Source of the DNA: a bacterium
GTDB lineage: Bacteria; UBA8248; JACPRG01; G963555815
Assembly (NCBI GenBank): GCA_965218795.1
Contig: OZ244653.1
Coordinates: 4,512,001 to 4,576,000, forward strand
DNA: 64,000 bases
Reading direction: 5' to 3'
Within the stretch, counting starts at the first letter, position 1; the number at the start of each line of letters is the position of its first letter. The translations under genes and the position numbers were made by a program. A model generated the notes under the pieces. The model was not told where the DNA came from and ran no database searches. It saw only the letters and a list, made by a program, of their open reading frames with translations. This document shows, one piece after another, positions 58,021-64,000 of the stretch.

Positions 58021-58962
58021 ATGCCCGCTGCCGAAGCAGGGTCCCCGACCGTCGGACCGGCCCCTGCGGCACACGCCGAGACGAAGTCACGAAAGCGGAT
58101 TTTCTGGTACCCGTACGCCCTGATCGCCCCCACCATGATCACCCTCGTCGTGGTGAGTCTGATCCCATTCATCTATACGGCCTACCTCAGCTTCCACGAG
58201 ATGAACTACGCCCAGGTGGGGGACTTCGCCGGTTTCGCCAACTACAAGGTCCTGCTCACGGATGGTCGCTTCTGGCACAGCATGTGGATTGCCACGCTGA
58301 TCATACTCATCGCCGTGCCCGTCGAGTTCGCACTGGGTCTGACCGGGGCCTTGATCCTGAACCAGCGGATCCGGCTTCGATCCGTGATCATCCCGATCCT
58401 GTTCGTCCCCACCATGATGGCCCCCATCGTGGTGGCCATCCTCTGGAAGATCATGCTGGCGGGCTCCTGGGGTTTGCTCTCGTACAACATCCTTGAGCGA
58501 TTCGGCATCCTGAAAAAGCTTTCGGTTTTCGCCTCTCCGGACCTGGCCCTGTTCGCCATCATCTTCATCGACATTTGGGAGTGGAGCCCCTTCATGACAT
58601 TGGCGCTGTTCGCGGGCCTCCAGTCCCTGCCGGTCAATCCCTACCGGGCGGCCGCGGTGGACGGCGCCACCCCCTTGCAGACCTTCTTCCGCCTGACGAT
58701 GCCCCTGATGATCCCCCTCATGGCCGTCATCGGTCTGATTCGGTTCATCGACGCGTTCAAGATCTTCGATACGATCTTCATCCTCACGGCCGGCGGTCCG
58801 GGATCCACTACGGAGTCCGTGAGTCTTTTCACCTACAAGATGGTCTTCGATTGGTGGAAGATCGGGCCGGCCACCGCCACGGCGGTCATCATCTGGCTCC
58901 TGTTCTTTGTTTTCTGCAACGTGTTCTACCAGGTGGCCAAGAAGAAGCTCAGGGCCTTTTAA
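58021..58962 (+). CDS. CUT1 ABC permease (MalF-like)
   Basis: 6 TM pattern; EAA-like loop AAAVDGAT. Confidence 0.9.
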   Translation: MPAAEAGSPTVGPAPAAHAETKSRKRIFWYPYALIAPTMITLVVVSLIPFIYTAYLSFHEMNYAQVGDFAGFANYKVLLTDGRFWHSMWIATLIILIAVPVEFALGLTGALILNQRIRLRSVIIPILFVPTMMAPIVVAILWKIMLAGSWGLLSYNILERFGILKKLSVFASPDLALFAIIFIDIWEWSPFMTLALFAGLQSLPVNPYRAAAVDGATPLQTFFRLTMPLMIPLMAVIGLIRFIDAFKIFDTIFILTAGGPGSTTESVSLFTYKMVFDWWKIGPATATAVIIWLLFFVFCNVFYQVAKKKLRAF

Positions 58963-58985
58963 CGGTTTTCGTAGGAGTGACCAGG

Positions 58986-59831
58986 ATGACGACCGGAAGC
59001 GCGATTCGTGGTCAGACCGAGAGACGGAGGGAGCTGGCTTTTACGATCCTATCGATTGCCTATGTGCTGATCGTCGTCTTCCCCGTCATCTGGATGGCGC
59101 TCATGATGTTCAAGGCCGAAAGCGTCATGTTCGCCCGTCCAACGGTCTGGCTCTTCAAGCCCAGCCTGGAGCATTTCTCCTACGTCTGGGAGCAGGGCTT
59201 CGTCCAGAACCTCATCGCGTCCCTGATCGTCGCCGGCCTGAGCACGCTTCTGGTCGTGATCATCGGGACACCCGCCGCCTATGCCTTCGCGCGCTTTTCC
59301 ATGTGGCGCAAGGATGACCTCTTCCTGTTCATCCTGGCGACCCGGATGGCACCGCCCGTGGCTCTGGTGATTCCGTTCTATCTGATTTACGCCAAGGTCG
59401 GATTGCTGGATACCTACCCCGGCCTCATCATCGCCTACCTGACCTTCAACCTCTCGTTTTATGTCTGGGTCCTGAGCAGCTTTTGCCGGGAGTTGCCCGT
59501 CGAGTTGGAAGAGGCGGCCATGGCCGAGGGCTATCCCCGTTGGCAGATCCTGGTCAGGATCATCCTTCCCCTGCTCCGGCCCGGCATCATCGCCACCTCG
59601 GTCCTGTGTTTCATCTTCGCCTGGAACGAGTTCCTGTTCGCCTTCATGCTGGGCGGGAAGATCGTCAAGACACTTCCCGTGGCCATTCCGACGCTGATCA
59701 CCACCCAGGGGGTCAAGTGGGGCGAGCTCTCCATCGCGGGGATCGTGGCCCTCCTTCCGGTCCTGGCGGCGGTGTTCTTCCTCCAGCGCCACATCGTCCG
59801 AGGGCTGACCATGGGTGCGGTGAAAGGGTAG
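58986..59831 (+). CDS. CUT1 ABC permease (MalG-like)
   Basis: LEEAAMAEG, AWNEFLFA, RGLTMGAVKG. Confidence 0.9.
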   Translation: MTTGSAIRGQTERRRELAFTILSIAYVLIVVFPVIWMALMMFKAESVMFARPTVWLFKPSLEHFSYVWEQGFVQNLIASLIVAGLSTLLVVIIGTPAAYAFARFSMWRKDDLFLFILATRMAPPVALVIPFYLIYAKVGLLDTYPGLIIAYLTFNLSFYVWVLSSFCRELPVELEEAAMAEGYPRWQILVRIILPLLRPGIIATSVLCFIFAWNEFLFAFMLGGKIVKTLPVAIPTLITTQGVKWGELSIAGIVALLPVLAAVFFLQRHIVRGLTMGAVKG

Positions 59832-60230
59832 CTTCGCGCCCGAATCATCATGAGCGACGGCCTTCCGGTTCTCCGCCAGGGGATTTCCGAGAGAACGGGT
59901 GTTACAGACCAGGGGCGGGTTTTCTCTGACGAAGCGGCTGCGATGGATGAAAGAGGCTGGGCTTGGTACACCCTCCAAAAAGCCTGCGGGCTCCCTCAAC
60001 TCTCCATAAATCAAAAAAGATGAACAGGACCCCCTGACGCGCGCAGGTCCGGGATTTCGGCCCGGCAGATGGTTTTGTGCCTCTCCCCGTGAGGGGTCTG
60101 CAAAGTTGTTGACAGGGACTATGGAAACAGGATGAAATATTTTTCGGCGAAGGAAATGCAAGATGAACCCTGGTGGTTGCTATGGGAAATCTCCGGTAGC
60201 AGTCGCAAAATCCTATGGGAGTGTCAAGGA

Positions 60231-61250
60231 ATGAGAAACCGCTGGCTCGATTTTTTCCCGGTTCTCTGTCTGGCTACCTTGAGTTTGATAGTTGCAACAA
60301 ACTCTTCGGCCCAAATGCGTCCAATCAAGAGTCTGAAAATAGCCATCGTCATGCCCTGTCCCATCAACGACTTTTCATGGTGTCAGACGGCTCACAAGAA
60401 TTTAATGAAGATGAAGAATAAGTACGGACTCCAGGTTGCTTTTCAGGAGCTTGTGAGCGACGTAGACTCCGAGCGGGTCATTCGGGGATTTGCCGATCAG
60501 GGCTATGACCTCATCCTCGCGGAAAATACCGGCTATCAGGACGCCAATCTCCGCGTTGCCAAAGACTATCCGAAACTCCACTTCGCCACTGTTGCGGGGT
60601 ATATCACCCGTTCACAGGGCGCCAAAAATTCTCCCGCAAACCATGCCGCCTATGACTGGCCTGCCCATCAAGCCGCTTATCTGGGCGGGATCATTGCGGG
60701 CCGAATGACAAAAACTGGAAAGATCGGATTCCTGAGTGCCCAGCCGGTTCCGGACATTGCCCGTCAATATGTCGGTTTTAAAGCCGGTATCGAAGCGACA
60801 AACCCAAACGCCAAGCTCTTTAAGATTCTGACGGGAAGCTGGATTGACTCCGCCAAGGCCAAAGAGGGAGCCAAGGCCCTGATGGAAATCGGCTGTGACG
60901 TCATAATGCAGGCCGCGAGCGCACCAGGGGTGGCCGCCCTCAAAGCCATTGCCGAGTCGGGAAAGTTGGTAATCGGCTATGAGTTGGACCAGAATCCACT
61001 CGCACCCAAACACGTTCTGACCAGCGTGATGCTCAATAAGGGCCTAGCGTACGAAGCCATGCTGAAGGCCGTTTCCAACGGAACGTTCGAAAGCAGGGAA
61101 TACCTGTTCGACATGTTGCAGAAGGGCGTTGATCTGGCCCCTTATCATGGAAACGTGCCTGCCAAGATCGCGGAGGAAGTCGCGGCCGCCCGGAAGAAAA
61201 TTGAGGCCGGAACGATTCAGATTCCCAACGTAACGCGGATGCCCAAATAA
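60231..61250 (+). CDS. BMP/PnrA-family ABC substrate-binding protein
   Basis: Signal peptide SSA-Q, DFSW, YLGGIIAG, GSWIDSAKAKE. Confidence 0.87.
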   Translation: MRNRWLDFFPVLCLATLSLIVATNSSAQMRPIKSLKIAIVMPCPINDFSWCQTAHKNLMKMKNKYGLQVAFQELVSDVDSERVIRGFADQGYDLILAENTGYQDANLRVAKDYPKLHFATVAGYITRSQGAKNSPANHAAYDWPAHQAAYLGGIIAGRMTKTGKIGFLSAQPVPDIARQYVGFKAGIEATNPNAKLFKILTGSWIDSAKAKEGAKALMEIGCDVIMQAASAPGVAALKAIAESGKLVIGYELDQNPLAPKHVLTSVMLNKGLAYEAMLKAVSNGTFESREYLFDMLQKGVDLAPYHGNVPAKIAEEVAAARKKIEAGTIQIPNVTRMPK

Positions 61251-61264
61251 GACGCCTACCCTTC

Positions 61265-61291
61265 GGGCGGGTTCCGTCTGCGAACCCGCCC
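61265..61291 (+). promoter_or_regulatory. Intergenic stem-loop after the binding-protein gene
   Basis: GGGCGGGTTC-N7-GAACCCGCCC, perfect 10-bp stem. Confidence 0.6.
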
Positions 61292-61329
61292 TGTGGGTCT
61301 ATTTCATCCTTTTGCTTCTCCTGCGCTCC

Positions 61330-62850
61330 ATGCTCCAGATGCAAAACATCACCAAGGCCTTTTCCGGCACTCTGGCGAACGACCGGGCCCATTTGGAGGT
61401 TGAATCCGGAGAGGTTCACGCCTTGCTCGGGGAGAACGGTGCAGGCAAATCGACCTTGATGAGCATTCTGTATGGTCTCTACGAGCCCCAGGAGGGAGAA
61501 ATCTTTTTGCGCGGCGAACCGGTCGTGATTCACTCGCCCCGTAAGGCCATTGACTTGGGTATCGGTATGGTCCATCAGCATTTCATGCTGGTTCCGGCCC
61601 TCACAGCGCTTGAAAACATCGTGATGGGCCTGCCCGGGCACCGGGGTATTTTTCTGGACCGCTTCCAAGCGACGGCGCGAATCAAGGAAATTTCCAGCCG
61701 ATACGGGCTGGACGTGGAACCCGCCGTAGAGACTTGGCAATTGTCGGTCGGGGTCCAGCAGCGGGTGGAGATTCTCAAGGCACTCTACCGTGATGCAAGA
61801 CTCCTCATCTTGGATGAACCCACTGCCGTGCTGACGCCCCAGGAGTCAACCAAGCTCTTTTGCGTCCTGCGGACACTGGCCGAGCAGGGGCATTCCATTA
61901 TTTTTGTCACCCACAAGCTCGAGGAGGTCCTCGAGGTCTGTGACCGGGCCACTGTCCTCCGAGATGGAAAAAACATCGCGACGGTCCGATGCACTGACGT
62001 CAGCGCTGAAGCCCTCGCCGAGATGATGGTCGGCCGGGAGGTCATGCTGAAAATGAAGAAGGAGACAGCGCGACCGGGGCGGGTCGTCCTCGACGTGGAG
62101 GGCCTGACAGCAGAGAGCGACCGCGGTGTCCCGGCCCTTCACGGAGTCTCGTTTCACATCCGGGCCGGCGAAATCGTCGGGGTGGCGGGGGTGGACGGCA
62201 ACGGCCAGCTTGAGCTGGTCGAGACCATTGCCGGCCTGCGTTCGCCAGGGACGGGAAAAATCCGGCTACTGGGTCAGGACATCACGCACGAAAAGATCCG
62301 GGTCCGGTCGGAATCGGGCATTGCCTACATTCCCGAAGACAGACACCGTCACGGCCTCATACTCGACTTCGACCTCTCCGACAACCTGATCCTTCGCCAT
62401 TACAACGCCGAATCCTTCTCTCGCCGGGGTTTTTTTCTCCCTTCCTCCGTCCGGGCGTTTAGTGATCGGCTGCTGGAGGAATACGATATCCGGAGCACGG
62501 GGCCGCGAACCCCTGCAAGAACTCTATCCGGCGGAAACCAGCAAAAACTCATCTTGGCGCGTGAAATTCACAATCGCCCATCCCTTCTACTCGCTTCCAA
62601 GCCGACCCGCGGTCTGGACGTCGGGGCCATTGAATTCGTCCGCAAGCGACTCATCGAAGAGCGAGACCGAGGTATGGCAGTCCTCCTCATCTCCACTGAT
62701 CTGGAAGAGATCCTCGCGCTTAGCGACCGCATCCTGATCCTATACGAGGGGCAATTCGTGGGGGAACTGGCCGCCGAAAATGCGGATGCGGGAACCATCG
62801 GGCTTATGATGGCGGGGGGCTCGAATGTTACAGCGGAAGACCGGGAGTGA
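61330..62850 (+). CDS. CUT2 ABC ATP-binding protein (two fused NBDs)
   Basis: GENGAGKS, LDEPT, LSGGNQQK, PTRGLD. Confidence 0.93.
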   Translation: MLQMQNITKAFSGTLANDRAHLEVESGEVHALLGENGAGKSTLMSILYGLYEPQEGEIFLRGEPVVIHSPRKAIDLGIGMVHQHFMLVPALTALENIVMGLPGHRGIFLDRFQATARIKEISSRYGLDVEPAVETWQLSVGVQQRVEILKALYRDARLLILDEPTAVLTPQESTKLFCVLRTLAEQGHSIIFVTHKLEEVLEVCDRATVLRDGKNIATVRCTDVSAEALAEMMVGREVMLKMKKETARPGRVVLDVEGLTAESDRGVPALHGVSFHIRAGEIVGVAGVDGNGQLELVETIAGLRSPGTGKIRLLGQDITHEKIRVRSESGIAYIPEDRHRHGLILDFDLSDNLILRHYNAESFSRRGFFLPSSVRAFSDRLLEEYDIRSTGPRTPARTLSGGNQQKLILAREIHNRPSLLLASKPTRGLDVGAIEFVRKRLIEERDRGMAVLLISTDLEEILALSDRILILYEGQFVGELAAENADAGTIGLMMAGGSNVTAEDRE

Positions 62851-63935
62851 TGGCGAACGATCCGGCTAGAGTGTGGGCCGCCCGTTCCATCGTGAGGGCC
62901 GTCCTCACCCCCATTACCGCAATCCTGCTTTCCCTGCTGATCGGCGCAATTCTAATAACGGCCGTCGATGTAAACCCGCTCATGGCCTACGCCGCTCTCC
63001 TGACGGGTGCCTTCGGTAGCCTCAACGGGTTTTCCGAGACGTTGGTCAAAGCAACCCCTCTCATGCTGGTTGGACTCGGAATCGTTTTCGCTTTCCGGGC
63101 CAGGATCTGGAATATCGGCGGGGAGGGGCAGCTTTTGCTCGGTGCCCTGGGGGCCACCCTGACCGGGCTCTATTTGGGCGGTCTTCCGTCCTGGCTTCTT
63201 CTGCCCGTTACCATCCTCGCGGGCTTCCTGTTCGGAGGGCTCTGGGGGGCGATTGCCGGCTTTCTCAAGGCGCGATACGGCACGAACGAGATCATCGTCA
63301 CCATCATGATGAACTATATCGCCCTTTACGGGGTCAGCTTCATGAACCATGTTCCCCTGCGTGAGGTCATCGGAATCTTTCCTCAGACTGACCTGATCGT
63401 GGAGGGTGCCCAGCTTGGGAGGCTGCTACCCCCGACGAGACTTCATGCGGGAATTCTGGTGGCACTGGGACTTGCTGTTGCTTCCACCGTGATCCTTCAG
63501 AGAACGACCCTGGGATATCGCCTGAAGGCGGTGGGTTTCAGCCCGGACGCCTCTCATTATGCCGGGATCGAGGTCAGGTCCACAATGATCCTTTCGATGG
63601 TCCTGAGCGGAGGCCTGGCCGGAATCGCAGGCATGAGCGAAATCTCGGGCATTCACCATCGCTTGATGGACAATATATCGAGCGGCTACGGGTTTACAGG
63701 GATTGTCGTCGCACTGCTGGGCCGACTCCATCCCCTGGGCGTAGCCGTCACAGCGATTATTTTCGGGGCGCTCAACGTTGGAGCCGACTCCATGGAGCGA
63801 ACCATGGGCATGCCCTCCCCCCTGGCGTTCATCCTCCAGGCCCTCGTAGTTCTCTTCGTCCTGGGAGGAGACATGTTGACGAGAAAGGCGCTCCGAGAGC
63901 GGGTGCGGCGCCTCTGGATGGAGAGACGGCCCTGA
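62850..63935 (+). CDS. CUT2 nucleoside-type ABC permease
   Basis: NIGGEGQ, NEIIVTIMMNY, GYGFTGIVVALLG. Confidence 0.9.
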   Translation: MANDPARVWAARSIVRAVLTPITAILLSLLIGAILITAVDVNPLMAYAALLTGAFGSLNGFSETLVKATPLMLVGLGIVFAFRARIWNIGGEGQLLLGALGATLTGLYLGGLPSWLLLPVTILAGFLFGGLWGAIAGFLKARYGTNEIIVTIMMNYIALYGVSFMNHVPLREVIGIFPQTDLIVEGAQLGRLLPPTRLHAGILVALGLAVASTVILQRTTLGYRLKAVGFSPDASHYAGIEVRSTMILSMVLSGGLAGIAGMSEISGIHHRLMDNISSGYGFTGIVVALLGRLHPLGVAVTAIIFGALNVGADSMERTMGMPSPLAFILQALVVLFVLGGDMLTRKALRERVRRLWMERRP

Positions 63936-64000
63936 TGGAGATTCTCCTACAAGAGGCATTTCTGGTGGGGCTCTTCGCCGCGAGTTTCCGCCTGATGACG
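63935..64000 (+). CDS. Second CUT2 ABC permease (5' partial)
   Basis: TGATG coupling; MEILLQEAFLVGLFAASFRLMT resembles the start of 34093-35034. Confidence 0.7.
   Translation, partial: MEILLQEAFLVGLFAASFRLMT

Noticed and set aside
56608-58074. Long antisense ORFs (also 2381-3592, 42957-44243, 20507-21733 and others)
   Set aside because: Shadow ORFs of high-GC genes on the opposite strand, with no recognisable motifs

Overview
GC-rich bacterial window, probably from a diderm (it has an autotransporter and non-lipidated periplasmic binding proteins). (1) 1-29.5 kb is a large + strand surface-glycan locus. Its core (1.9-17 kb) is intact: SpsF-like cytidylyltransferase, Gfo/Idh/MocA oxidoreductase, DegT aminotransferase, epimerase, NeuB synthase, 2 formyltransferases, deacetylase, 2 AsnB-like proteins, a WbuX-type amidotransferase and methyltransferases. 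Its flanks are eroded, with frameshifted genes and gene fragments. (2) 29.7-38.7 kb is a - strand hydantoinase/oxoprolinase A+B pair (B carries a fused acetone-carboxylase-gamma-like Zn domain) with a nucleoside-type ABC importer. (3) 39-46.9 kb holds RAYT-like transposase scraps, comM, a 1.9-kb enoyl-CoA hydratase + parDE insert bracketed by a 76-bp duplication of the comM 3' end, an autotransporter whose leader contains 38 copies of a 7-bp repeat (apparently a frameshift ON/OFF switch, currently OFF), and a REP-like palindrome cluster. (4) 47-64 kb is a nitrogen-compound uptake/catabolism region: LLM oxidoreductase, PuuE-like deacetylase, ureohydrolase, a CUT1 ABC system with a 2,765-bp tandem duplication of a nitrilase + binding-protein module, and a second nucleoside-type ABC system. 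No rRNA, tRNA or CRISPR array was seen. All calls come from motif recognition by eye; no database searches were run.
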